In this document: positions 1 through 11,662 of the stretch, piece by piece
How positions within the stretch are numbered: position 1 is the stretch's first letter
Layout of the letters: each line of letters starts with the position of its first letter
NCBI RefSeq assembly: GCF_006345805.1
Contig: NC_043010.1
Location: forward strand, 2,604,001-2,668,000
Direction: 5' to 3'
Origin: Octopus sinensis
Taxonomy: Eukaryota
DNA: 64,000 nucleotides
Notes under the pieces: model-generated
Told to the model about the DNA's origin: nothing
Databases searched by the model: none
Seen by the model: the letters and a program-made list of their open reading frames with translations, nothing else
Position numbers and translations under genes: made by a program

Positions 1-29
1 ATATATATATATATATGGATATATGGTAG

Positions 30-2510
30 CTTAAGTGATTTAGGACACAAAGTGAGGAAAACCTGTGAGTCCATCACACAGTTGTAGAGATGCTCAAACT
101 ATCTAATGAAATAGCATGTATGATTACATCTGGATAGTTCATCAAGTTATACAGGAGGATATCAGACCCAATAACTGGTATAGCAATATCCTCATAAACT
201 GCTACAAAGGCAAAGGAGATGTGTTAGAGGGAAATAACTAAAGAATCAGACTACTGGATCAGACTATGAAGGTCACAAAGAGAGTCATAGCTCAACAAAT
301 CCACAACAGAGTACAGCAAAATGCGATGCAGTTTAGCTTTGTACCCAGATGGGGCACCACAGATGCAATCTCCCTAGCGTGACAATTGCAAAAGAAATAC
401 TTGACTAAGAATAACCCACTATTCTTGATTTACTCTGATTTGGAGAAAGCATTCACAAAGTAATTAGGTAGTTACTAAAGAAACTAGATCTAGGCAAAAG
501 GTTTGTGAGGGCTATACAAGCTATGTAGAAAAATGTTGTAAGTAACCTGAGAGTTGACTACAATTTCATAATGAATTTAGTGGGAAGGTAGAAATTCATC
601 AAGGTTCAGTCCTTTATCTTCTCCAATTGATTATAGTTCCATGAGCCATCACAAGAGTTTAAGACTAGATATTCATGGGAACTACATACTGATGTTCTAG
701 TTCTCATTGCTGAAATCTCTGGGAAATTACACAGGAAGTTCCAGGAGTGAAAGCTAAACCTAGAATTGAGAGTTCTCAAAGTAAACTTAGCAATGACAAA
801 GGATTTTGTAAGAAGGAATGAAAACAAGACCCCGGTATCAGGAGGAAAATCTTGTTTGAAATGCAGAAAAGGAGTAGGCATGCAGTCCATATGCTACACA
901 CTATGTAAGGTATGAACATACAAGTAATGTAGTGGAATTACACAGGTAGGCTAACAGACAATATAAGCTCCCTATGCAAGAAATGCACCGGAGCAGTGTG
1001 TACTATGAGCACACCAGAAATAGTTTCTTGTAAATGCCCAGATCACTCATTAATGATTTGGGCATTTAGTGACTAGAAGTATTCAACAGCTTTTGTTACC
1101 AAGGAGATGCAATTAGCAGAGAGATGGCTCTGAAAGTCAACTAGCTAGAGTAAGAACAGGATGAAAAAAACTTCAGATAGCTTCTGCCACTGCTGGAAAC
1201 AAATGTCTTTTCTCACAAAGTGAAGGTCTGACTGGGGTAACTGGCATAATGCAGTTCTTGAGAGGTGCTCCTGAACTTGGTAAAACCAAGTTTTGGAAGC
1301 ATTGTGTGTGTATAAATGTATGTACAACAGACCAATTTCCTTTTCAAGACATTCCAACAATCCATCATCTAAGTGTAATTTTTCCTTGATGCTATTAATC
1401 TTTTTCATCACCAAGAATCATTTCATTTGAAATCTGTCCCTAATCCTCAATACTGTCCTCTCCAGTCACATTTTACATTGATTTCTCTACCCAAGCCACC
1501 AAATCATCTCATCACCCTCATAAGTCTCTTACTTTCCCCATGCATGATACCTGTCCCTCTCTCTCCCCTTTCACACCCTTGGTACCTATCCAGCTTTCAC
1601 ATAGCTTTCTCTCGGCTTTCACATAGCTACTGCATCATTACTATTCTGCTGCTCTTCATTTCTATCCTCCCTATCTGCAATTTTCTACATCCACTTCTCA
1701 ACAGTTGTCACTTACTTATCCCTATCTCCCATACTTATCATTCACTCAACACCTGTCCTTCATTATTCACCCTCTCTTACTCATTTCCCATCTCTCACTC
1801 TCCCATACACTCTTGCAACCTCCACTCACCAACAGTCCCCAGGTTCCTCTTCCCCCATTCACTTCTACTCACTTCATATCTTGAGGGTCCACACAGATGT
1901 TTCACCACTGTTCTTATCTCTTCCCTGCTCCACCCTAATCACACCCTCACCCTCCCTTTTAAAATATATGGAGCCATATGTTCCCTCCACAGCAAGAAAC
2001 CTTGTCTCTCATGGCCTTTTTTCTTACACTCTAAACCAGGGGTGGGTAAACTTTTTTGATCGCGGGCCGCACAGTGCGTCTTTGGAACCTTGGCGGGCCT
2101 CATTTATAAAAATCAAGTGAAAATATTGTGAATTACCGTACAACGGAAACATTTACGAAGTATCTGCATAGAAGTTGGGATTCGTAAAAGCTCTCGGCGG
2201 GCCACATGCGGCCCGCGGGCCGTAGTTTGCCCACCCCTGCTCTAAACTCTTATTTCCCAGCATAAAGCCACCACTCTCATGATTCATGGTCTTGCAAGTC
2301 ACATGGTAATCTCATTAGGGCTAGTGACACATTAAAAGGCACCCACTATGCACTGTAAGGTGCTTAGTACTAGGAATGGTATCCAGATGTAGAAATGTAG
2401 AAATCATGCCAAAGTAAATGGAATAGCACAATGCAGTGCTTGGACTTATCTGATCCTATTGAACCACCCAACCCATGCCAGCGCGGAATGAGGACATTTA
2501 ATGATGATAG
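30..2510 (+). mobile_element. Decayed RTE-type LINE (RT fragment, CT-rich 3' region, 3' tail); boundaries approximate
   Basis: 30-1270 is colinear with the RT region at 5100-6310 (e.g. FSFVPRWGTTDAI at about 333-370 vs LGFVPGKITTDAI), with many stops and frameshifts. 2290-2510 matches the RTE 3' tail seen elsewhere (AACCCATGCCAGC...GGACATTTAATGATGAT). Confidence 0.75.
2037..2239. mobile_element. hAT (Charlie/Buster-like) MITE, 203 bp
   Basis: 15-bp TIRs CAGGGGTGGGTAAAC / GTTTGCCCACCCCTG (1 mismatch). Perfect 8-bp TSD CTCTAAAC at 2029-2036 and 2240-2247. Subterminal GCGGGCC repeats. Confidence 0.93.
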
Positions 2511-3389
2511 TACATAAGTACGTACATGCATACATGCATACATATAGTGGTGGTGGTGGGATGTCTGTATGTATATCTCTATATTTGTTTAAATTTGCAC
2601 TTCTCTCAAAATTGCTGAGCTACAAGTAACGATATGGTCATTTCCTCTATCAAGAAATGATTTGCTAGCTTTCTGCTTTTGAACATGTGTAGAATGAGTG
2701 ATCCCTTACATGGAAAACAGATAAAAGTTAGTGCAAAAAAATAGCATCAGGCTATAAAACAATGCCACAATAATATATTCATCTAAGTCAGGCTAGCATA
2801 GCATAACAGCCAGCATATGAGTGTAAGAGTGTGTGCATAAGTATGTGTGTCTGCATGTATGTATGTATTCTCATGCATATAGTTACATATCTGGACATGT
2901 TCATATATATTTAAGTGATAAACTTCTGGAAAGATTTATAAATTTTTACAGTTCCAGTAATGGATTGGATCTGTAGTCTTCAAATTAGCTTTCTCCTTTC
3001 TGGTTTTGAGAAGCCTAATTTCTCAAGATTGGTATTTTAGGCAGTGTGTATGTATGTATGTATATCATCCATAGTATCATCATTTAATGCCTGTTTTCCA
3101 TGCAAAAATGGGTTGGACAGTTTGACAGAAGTTGACCAGCTTGAGAACTGCTCCAAGCTCCAATTATCCATTGTGGCATGGTTTCTAAGGCCAGCCACTT
3201 TACAAAGTGTATTGGATACTTTTTATGTGGCATTGACACAGATGCTTTCTATGCAGTACTGGTACAAGTGCTTATTTGCGGAGCACCAGTATGGGTAGCC
3301 TTCATCTGGTACCATCACAAGTGCTTTTTACATGGCACTGGCATATCATACGTGTGTATGAGTTACAGAGTTTTTAATTCGTTACCACT

Positions 3390-4592
3390 TAGGCCCTACT
3401 TTAGGAAATATCTTCTTCCTCTCCTTTTTATTTCTGTGACATTAAAAACTCTGACTATATTAACTGTTTTTCAGAACAGTAGGCTTATCCAACTAGAGTA
3501 TCTTGGGTCACTCAAAGAAACAGAAAAATCTGGAAGAATCTCGTGCATTTTCTAGACTCACATAGGAAAAGAAGACCTGTTCCTCTAAAAGAGCATTCTT
3601 TGGAAAACAGCTGCAGGATACCAATGAAACTTCAAATTGTTGGTCACTACCTATTCGTTGGAGCTATCATCAAAGGAAGAAAAGAAAGAACAAAGGAAAT
3701 TTCAAAAGAAATAACTTTTCTAGGGCAAAAGAAATTAAATTTCCCATAATTATCAATTTAACATGTATAAGCAAAAGTAGAAAAGTGCTGAATACCTACG
3801 ATAAATGTGTAAAATGAGGAAAATACGATTCATTGAAAGAAATATTTGACATCACAAAGCAAAACGGTAAATGGCTGTGCAGTGAGGATAGAAGGTTATA
3901 TTATCTTCAAATTGAAAGCAAAGGACAGGTTGGATATGCAACTGGAAAGGCAGCCAGTGCCAAAACTATCCATCCATCCAAAAGAAGAAAAGTGTCCTTA
4001 ATGCCAACTTCAAGCAGAGCAACTCCAGTGTCATCATCAACGTCTGAAGCAGAGACTGAAAGTGAATAACGAGAGTCCGAAAAATCCGATGAAGAATCCA
4101 CACAAACAAGGAAGAAGTATAGCAAAACTGGAACTGCAACCAAGTTAGTAATATCTTCCAATTGTATCAACCCAAAAAGCAGTATCAGTTTGTCGACAAT
4201 TATCACAAGATGGAATCAACATGGAGACTCCTTCCCAATCTGGTATTTAAAGATCGACTATCAAAGAAGCTGTTAAACTAAATAAGAAAATGAAGAAAAC
4301 ACCACACTTGGAAAACTGGTCATTACATTTTGAGAGTGAACGTATTGATGACCAAGAATATCAAGTGTTAGTTTAAAAGAATGAACAGACAGAATTTAAG
4401 TTAGAAGCACTCCAATTACCAACTGGAAAGCGGATGCTGTTGCGAAAGGAATAACAGCTGTTTTAGATGAACACAATTTATGGAACTGTGTAGGGATGAT
4501 TGTCGCTGATACAGCAAGTGTGAACATTGGGAAAAGAAATGGCATTGTCATTCAGTTGCAAAAACTGTTTGCTGAAAAGGGTTTGAAAGAAC
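3390..4592 (+). pseudogene. DDE transposase remnant, hAT-related (hATm-like); 5' boundary approximate
   Basis: Broken ORFs 3543-3749, 3833-4069 and 4496-. Translation includes KGITAVLDEHNLWNCVGMIVADTASVNIGKRNG, resembling the DTTxxNTG second-aspartate motif. Truncated at about 4592 by a LINE. Confidence 0.6.
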
Positions 4593-6310
4593 AGCAATAT
4601 GATGTGGAAGACAACTGGAGGCTCCTATGGGACAACCTATTGAGGGATACTGGCCAGATCTGTGGATGGTGCAAAATCCCCTTTCAACCTAAGATAATGT
4701 GGTGGTGGAACAATGTAGGTGACAGGGCCATTAGGGAAAAGAAACAGGCATGGAAGGCCTGGAAGAATGGTGGTAGCAGAGAATTGTATCAGATTGCCAG
4801 AAGGAAAGCTAGGAGACAGGTTTACTTAGCCAGAAGGGAAGCAGATAAGAAAAAATTTGCCAATGTTCTGCTTCATGAGGACCAAAGACTTGTAGGTTTT
4901 CATTTTGTAAGACAGTGTGTGAGAGAGAATCGTGATGTCATACGAGAGAAATGTGTCCACATGGTTGATGGCTCACTTGCATTTAATGAGGCTGCAAAGA
5001 GGGAGACTTGGAGACTCCACTATGAAAGGTTGCTAAATGAAGAGAATGAATGGGAGAGAGTCTGCCAAATGTCGACCCAACAGAGGGACCAGGTATCCGA
5101 ATTGACAGTACCTTGTTAGATAAAACAATTAAGGGTATTAAGACAGAGAAAGCCCCTGGCCCATCAGGAATCACTGCAGAGATGCTTAAAATATCTGGTG
5201 GTGTCGGGTATAGTCTAGTCACCCATATAGTCAATCAGGTGATACATGAAGGAGTCATACCCAATGACTGGTGTAGCAGCATAATAGTCAACTGCTACAA
5301 GAGTAAAGGTGATGCATTAAAAACGAATAATTACAGAGGTATCAAGTTGTTGAAAGTCACGGAGAGGGTCGTGGCCCAACTAATTAGGAAGAGAGTCAGT
5401 TTAGACAAGATGCAGTTAGGGTTTGTGCCAGGGAAAATTACCACTGATGCTATATTTCTGGTAAGAGAGCTGCAGGAGAAATACGTAGCCAAAGTACCTG
5501 GCTTTCGTTGACATGGATAAAGCCTTATCTGATGGTCAATGCAGAAACTAGGGATAGATGAGTGGTTAGTGAGAGCTGTTTAAGCCATGTACAGGGATGC
5601 TGTCAGTAAGGTGAGGGTTGGCAATGAGTACAGAGAAGAATTCTGGGTAGGTGTAGGGGTCAACCAAGGATCAATTCTCAGCCCCCTCATTCATTATAGT
5701 CCTCCAGGCAATAACAGAGGAATTTCAAGACAGGATGCCCCTGAGAGCTCCATGCTGATGACCTTGCTCTAATAGTTGAGTCACTATCACAACTAGAGGA
5801 GAAGTTTCAGGTATGGAAGCAAGGTCAAGAATTGAAGGGCCTTAGAGTCAATCTAACAAAAACCAAAGTCTTAATATGTAGGAAGGCAGTCAAAATCAGA
5901 AATCCTTTCAGGTAGATGGCCCTGCTCGATCTGTAGAAAAGGTGTAGGTAGAAACTCCATATGAGGTACCCGCTGTAAGCTATGGACATATAAGAGGTGT
6001 GGCACTATCAAAGGAAGGCTAGCTGGGAAGATAGTTTTTGTGTGTGGCAAATGCTCAGGGGTAAAAAACACTGGAAATATGCAGAAAACAGTTTCCCTCA
6101 CATGCCAAGGGGAAAAACTAGATGTAGTTGATAGTTTTCGTTACATAGGTGACCAAGTCAGTAGCGAGGACAGATGCTCTGAGAGAGGAGCTGCTAGAAT
6201 AAGAATAGCCTGGGAAAAGTTCAGAGAGCTCTTAACTCTGCTGGTAACAAAGGGCCTCTCACTCAGAGTAAAAGGTAGATTGTATAACACATGAGTGCAA
6301 ACAGCCATGT
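4593..6310 (+). mobile_element. RTE-type LINE fragment (linker + reverse transcriptase), frameshifted
   Basis: ORF track motifs WWWNNVGDRAIREKK, KAPGPSGITAEMLK, IPNDWCSSIIVNCYK, NYRGIKLL, GFVPGKITTDAIF, VGVNQGSILSP, a YADD-like CATGCTGATGAC at about 5751, and VVDSFRYIG. Confidence 0.92.
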
Positions 6311-7538
6311 AGAATTTTGATGCACTTCCCAACTTTTTCTCAGTATTTTTCATTTGTACATATGCTTACATATACACATACACACACACATGTATCTATC
6401 TCATAAAGCAATCTGTCACATGCACACACTGGCAAAGAGAGGGCAATACAAAGTTACAAATAACACACCACACAAAACAAGGCCTTATGAGCACATACAT
6501 ATGCTAATAATAATAATAATGATGATGATAACATTGTACATTGTATATGTACAATAGCACACATCTGATATCCTGTTTGGTACACATCCACTTGATATTC
6601 CACAGCACAAATATATGCTCCATGTGCAGCAAGTAGTATTGCATAGGCAGAAATATTTATAATCCACAGGTCCTCTTGGAATAAATAAAAAAAATATGCA
6701 TCTATTGACAAATTCAAACAATTCTTCCTTTACAGCAACGTATATAAGCATATACTATCAATTTGTGCCCAGTGTGTGTAGGTGTATGTGAGTGTTTGTG
6801 TGTGTTAGTGTTTGTGTGCATGCATGTATGTGTGTGTGTGTGTGCATGTATGTATATGTGTGTTTGGGCATATGTAGTGGGTGAGTGCATTTGTAAGTAT
6901 GTGTTTATGTACTGGGATCTATACATAGATAATTGCATATATACACAAATAGACATGCATGAAAGTATGTGTATATAAGTATTTTTCTGCATGTATATAT
7001 ATATTATACTACACAACAACATGCTAAACACACAGATGCTGATATGGAGGCATATGCACTTATTCAAGATATGCCTTTCTGTGTATGACTGCATGTACAT
7101 GTGTCTGTGCATGTATGTATATGAATGACAAAATATATAAAACAAGCGTGAATGTCTCTCTACACACATATTATACAGGTTTTAAGAGAATCCAAATTTT
7201 TAGAAATACTTTAGCGTAGATATTCATAAATTATTACATATGCAATATTAGTTATGTAATGATGTATGTAAATATTATATAAGTAATAATGTACGTATAT
7301 AGACAAATGTATGTATCTGTGCATGTATATAAATTATATATGAAGCAATTTGAAGAGACTGTTATCACTACCTGAGCAACATATGATACAGCAGGCTCAC
7401 AAAACATAAGCAAGTGAATCAAATAGACAGCTACAAATTCTAAAATTTATGAAATGAAGCAGAACTTCTTATGAAAAAAAAATCTAGCTGAAAACTGGAT
7501 GATTCAAAATAACTGGTAATCATTATCATTACCAGTTT

Positions 7539-7770
7539 AGGCAAGCTGTAGAAACCATCAAAGAGTCAGACAAAACACCTAATGGCATCTTTTTCTGGTC
7601 TCTTACATTCTGAGTTCAAATACCACTGAGGTGGACTTTGCCTTCTATCTTTTAGAGGCCCACAAAATAAAGTCCCAGTCAAGTACTGGGGAAGGAGGAC
7701 CGTAGTCAACATAGCCTCACTCAAACAAGATTGTTGCACCCGTGCCATTATTTGAAAGAATTATCATTAG
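7539..7770 (+). mobile_element. tRNA-derived SINE, family 1 (Meta/MESC-like core), diverged copy
   Basis: B-box GAGTTCAAATACC followed by the GAGGTGGACTTTGCC...AAAATAAAGTCCCAGT core shared with 31797 and 62301-62530. Confidence 0.7.
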
Positions 7771-7843
7771 AACTTGCCACAATCCCTCAACATCTGATAC
7801 AGTTCCAGACAAATGCCTATCCAAGTTGAATTTGTCATATATA

Positions 7844-8239
7844 TCTTTATATATAAAAGTGAGGTTGTGTGCTGTCTGTCTCCTACGATTTAGATTCCTA
7901 ACTACTCCCACATTTTGCGGTGCAGTTTAACCAAAACCGGGTATCTTATAGTCGTGATTCATATCGAGCCCTTCTGGGTATTAGTGCGGATCTATGATGA
8001 GTTTACGATTTTAAAAAAAATTTACCATCAATTTTTCCCATTTTTAATGCACTTTTGACATATATAAGGGAAGTAACTCTATAAAAATTTATTATTAAAT
8101 CTCAGAACGTAAAAAGCTACAGTAACACCCCACCTCTGTGGTTAACCATATTGAGATGGCTATTATACTTTACATCTCTAAAAATGCTTATATAGTTGGA
8201 TCCCTTACAAACCCGAGCAACGCTGGGCGATACTGCTAG
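7844..8239 (+). mobile_element. Non-autonomous Helitron
   Basis: Starts A|TC (TCTTTATATATAAAAG). Ends with a GC-rich hairpin CCCGAGCAACGCTGGG a few nt before CTAG|T. No TSD, inserted in a TA-rich tract. Confidence 0.8.
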
Positions 8240-8274
8240 TATATATATGTGTGTGTGTGTGTGTGTCCATGTAT

Positions 8275-8620
8275 GTAAGTAAAAAGAACCTGTTTGGTCA
8301 CAAATAACTATGAGATTGCATGTAGAAAGTTCCCCTCTGAGGAACAAGTCTGAGCAAGATGGTTTGTGGAAGATCAGCAGTGACCCTTGCATACCGGTCC
8401 CCCACCTCTGCACACCACTAATGTAACCCAAAGGAAAAGCAAAGGCTGACACAGCTTGGCACCTGTAATGTTGTAACTCACTTCTAGAGCTGAGTCAACT
8501 GGAGCAACATGAAATAAAGGGTCTTGTTCAAGACCACAACACATGGCTCAGTGCAGGAATTGAACTCATAACCACATGATTGCAACTCCAATGCTCTAAC
8601 CACTGAGCCATGTTCCTTCA
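8275..8620 (-). mobile_element. tRNA-derived SINE, family 3
   Basis: Minus-strand head TGAAGGAACATGGCTCAGTGGTTAGAGC...GAGTTCAATTCC (A and B boxes). Related heads at 26495 and about 55510. Confidence 0.75.
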
Positions 8621-8653
8621 TTGTATACAAATATGTATGAATGAATATGTATG

Positions 8654-8695
<42 letters not shown>

Positions 8696-8700
<5 letters not shown>

Positions 8701-8895
8701 TTTATAGAAGGAGCTTCTACAGGACTAGAACTGTTTCATTCAAAAGAAATCATCAGAAGAGCTTCCTGATGATTTCTTTTGAATGAAACAGTTCTAGTCC
8801 TGTAGAAGCTCCTTCTATAAAATAAATTAATTTACTCTGCTATGTATTGAGTACCTTATTTACTGTGGTTAACCCCGACTCAACCCGGGACCTAC
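8696..8895. mobile_element. Short Penelope-like terminal-repeat element with perfect inverted repeat
   Basis: 61-bp perfect arms 8696-8756 / 8766-8826 with a 9-nt spacer. Each arm has a hammerhead core. A ~70-bp unique tail follows. (TA)n on both sides. Confidence 0.7.
8759..8811 (+). ncRNA. Type I hammerhead ribozyme motif
   Basis: Stem I GAGCTTC/GAAGCTC, CTGATGA (8766-8772), weak stem II TTC-TTTT-GAA, GAAA (8785-8788), stem III CAG/CTG, cleavage triplet GTA (8802-8804). Confidence 0.85.
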
Positions 8896-9071
8896 ATATA
8901 TATATATATATATATATATATGGAGGGAGAGAGAGCGAGAGAGAGCGGAATGTATATATGTATAAGATACATATGTTTTTGCATTTGTTTGGCAAGTTTA
9001 TTGAAGTGAAATGCATTGAAACAAGCGTATCATAAGGGGTTATTTTGTCAATGACTGTACACAAGTATATA

Positions 9072-9422
9072 CACTGGTTCTATTTCAATTTTTTCTTTTA
9101 TTATAAGTCCATTAGTTATCTAATTAATCAATTAAATAACTGATTTCATTACTAACCACTTGATCAATCAATCAATCAATCAATCATCTGGTTAGTCACA
9201 GCCCTTTTGTCACCTCTCACAATATCCAGTTAGGATACGTTGTGACGGACATGAAGCAAAAAGGGCCCAGCACATCATTGATATAAATTTGTGAATAGCA
9301 ACAAAAGGACTCTGAAAACCAACTGACTAATTAATGATTAGTCAAGCAATTGATTAGTTAATTGGTTAATTTCTTAACTTGATTACTTGTAGTAATAATG
9401 AAGAAGCAAAATAGAACCAGTA
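9072..9422. mobile_element. Tc1/mariner-type MITE (diverged)
   Basis: TA|CACTGGTTCTATTT ... AAATAGAACCAGT terminal inverted repeat, with loosely palindromic subterminal AT-rich sequence. Confidence 0.55.
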
Positions 9423-10378
9423 CATGTACTTTTCTTGGCAAAAAGACCCATTCAAGATACATAAGTAATCACACACACACACAAACACACACATATTATC
9501 ATTACTGCCATCAAAATCATAATTTAAAATCTGCATTTCCTGCTAGCATGAGTTGGACAAGTCATTTGTACTTGATTGTATGTTTCATTTTTGTCTTGGT
9601 TTCTGTGGTTGGGTGTCCTTCCACCACCAACTACTTTATGTTATATACTTTACTGCATGCAAATTTTCATGACACTAGCCCACCTGTAAGGTTGTTATGT
9701 TTTGACAAGACTAAAGGATCTTCACAATCATACATTTATCAGACTGTAGTGAGTGCATCTTATCATAGCACCTGCACTAAAAGGGATAGGGGCTGACAGA
9801 GTGATGGATAGCAAGAAATGGAAAACAGAAAGGGTGGATAATGGATGTCAATACAAAAAACCAGTGCGAAATATAGGTAGAGTGTATGAAGTACACTCTT
9901 TGCTTCTTATACTCTACCTATACTCCTTTAAGTTCTTTAAGTATATACCTCAAAGCAGTGAGAGATAGGATGAAAAGGATGAGAGAGAAAATGGTGGAAT
10001 GTTGAAGAAAGAGTAAGACAGGTCAGATGTGTATGTAGATATCATCATCATCAACCTTTAACATCTATTTTCCATGCTGACATGGGTTGGACAGTTTGAC
10101 AGGAACTGGCAAGGCCGGGGCCTACACCAGATCCCATAATGAATATATTTATATATCTATATATTTATAAAACAGAGCTAATAGTGGGGGATTATCAATC
10201 AGGACAAAATACTTCATAAGCTCTCCATTGGCACACCAGGCCAACAATGTTAATTAGATTAGTGAGGAACTCCAGGTATTCTTATAACAGTCTCCAAGGT
10301 TTATGGTTCATCACAATTCTATATTGTAAATCCATGGGTGGGCTCCACACAGGCCGGTTTTTACAAAGAGTGATAAAT

Positions 10379-10546
10379 AAAAAACAAATTAAAAATAATG
10401 GTCATTACATATTTTTTCTTTATCGGAGCAAATTTGAATAAACCAATCAGTATCGTATCCATAATGATTACTGGAAACAACTGCATGACAAATTTGCTCC
10501 AATAAAGGAAAAGCATGCAATGACCATTATTTTTAACGTGTTTTTT
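10379..10546. repeat. Imperfect ~58-bp inverted repeat (MITE-like foldback)
   Basis: 10379-10436 is the reverse complement of 10489-10546 with about 7 mismatches; 52-nt spacer. Confidence 0.7.
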
Positions 10547-10584
10547 TTTTTTTATATATCCATACCTCTCTCTATATATACATA

Positions 10585-11662
10585 TAGGGTGTCCCAGAAG
10601 TCATTGATGGGTTTTAATTTTTAATAACTTCCTTAACTTTACAAATAAAGGCATGAAATTTTGATATAATATAAAGGACATAATGGAAATTAATATTCAC
10701 AAGTCAAATTTGCAACACCATTATATCAAATATGAAAAAAGACATTGTTTAAATGGCAGCCATTTTCAGCTTTGCATGCATGCGCTCTTTCCTAAACGTG
10801 TGCCATAACACCCTCAAGAGTTTCGGACCCCACTTCTTTGATTTCTCTATTGATGGTCTCCTTCAGCTGCACCAAGGTCTCCAGCCTGTATCCCCACACA
10901 AATAAATCCAGGCTAGTCAAGTCTGGGGAATGTGAAGGCCATTCAAAGTAGACCTCACACATGGTTCCAGCAAGATGAGGCAACTGCTCATACCACAAGA
11001 GAAACAATGCAGTTGCTATGGACAGAGAATAATCTCCTGCCATGGCAATGTCAACTGGCCTTCATGTACTCCAGACTTGACTAGTCCAGATTTTTTCTTG
11101 TGGGGATACCTGAAAGAGAGGGTTTACATCAACAAACTGGAGATCCTGGTGCAACTGAAGGAGAACATCAAATGAGAAATCAGAGAAGTGGGGTCTGAAA
11201 CTCTTGAGGGTGTTATTGTGCAAATTTTGGAAAGAACATGGGTGTGCAAAGCTGAAAATGGCTGCCATTTAACCTTTTGTTGCCATATTTCTGTTGAGAT
11301 GCTCTGTGTTTCTTTCAATTAATTTTAAATATAACAAAGAATTTAGTAAAATAACTTAGTTATCATCAAGCTGGTGTTAGGAACATAAATTGTGACTAAG
11401 GTTTGGTGGAAGATTTTTATTCAAAACTTATGAAAACAAGACATTTGTACTAAAGAGCCAGAGGCGGTTTCGGCTGGGTTAGTATCGAAAGGGCTAAGCA
11501 ATGTCATTTTCCATATGTGATGTAGTCGTGTTGCAAAATTTGACTTGTGCATATTAATTTCCATTATGTCCTTTATATTGTATCAAAATTTCCTACATCT
11601 ATCTGTAAAGTTAAAGAAGTTATTAAAAACTGAAATCCATTAGTGACTTTTGGAACAACTTG
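10585..11662. mobile_element. Tc1-like non-autonomous foldback element made of two transposon right ends
   Basis: Long inverted arms starting TAGGGTGTCCCAGAAGTCA and ending TGACTTTTGGAACAACTTG. Both arms encode a transposase C-terminal motif: WPSHSPDLTSLDLFVWGY (minus) and WPSCTPDLTSPDFFLWGYLKERVY (plus). Confidence 0.85.
11273..11493. mobile_element. piggyBac-type MITE nested in the Tc1 foldback
   Basis: TTAA|CCTTTTGTTGC ... GTATCGAAAGGG|CTAA. The opposite arm of the host shows the empty TTAA site. Second copy at 52323-52543. Confidence 0.85.

Noticed and set aside
1427-2059. 210-aa L/S/P/H-rich ORF
   Set aside because: CT-rich low-complexity region of a decayed retroelement; the frame ends inside a MITE.
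8540-8620. tRNA-like sequence (also at 26495 and 62440-62530)
   Set aside because: A and B boxes are present but there is no cloverleaf, and each runs into a SINE body.
8696-8826. Pre-miRNA or rho-independent terminator
   Set aside because: The perfect 61-bp stem is better explained by the hammerhead-bearing inverted terminal repeat; the context is eukaryotic.
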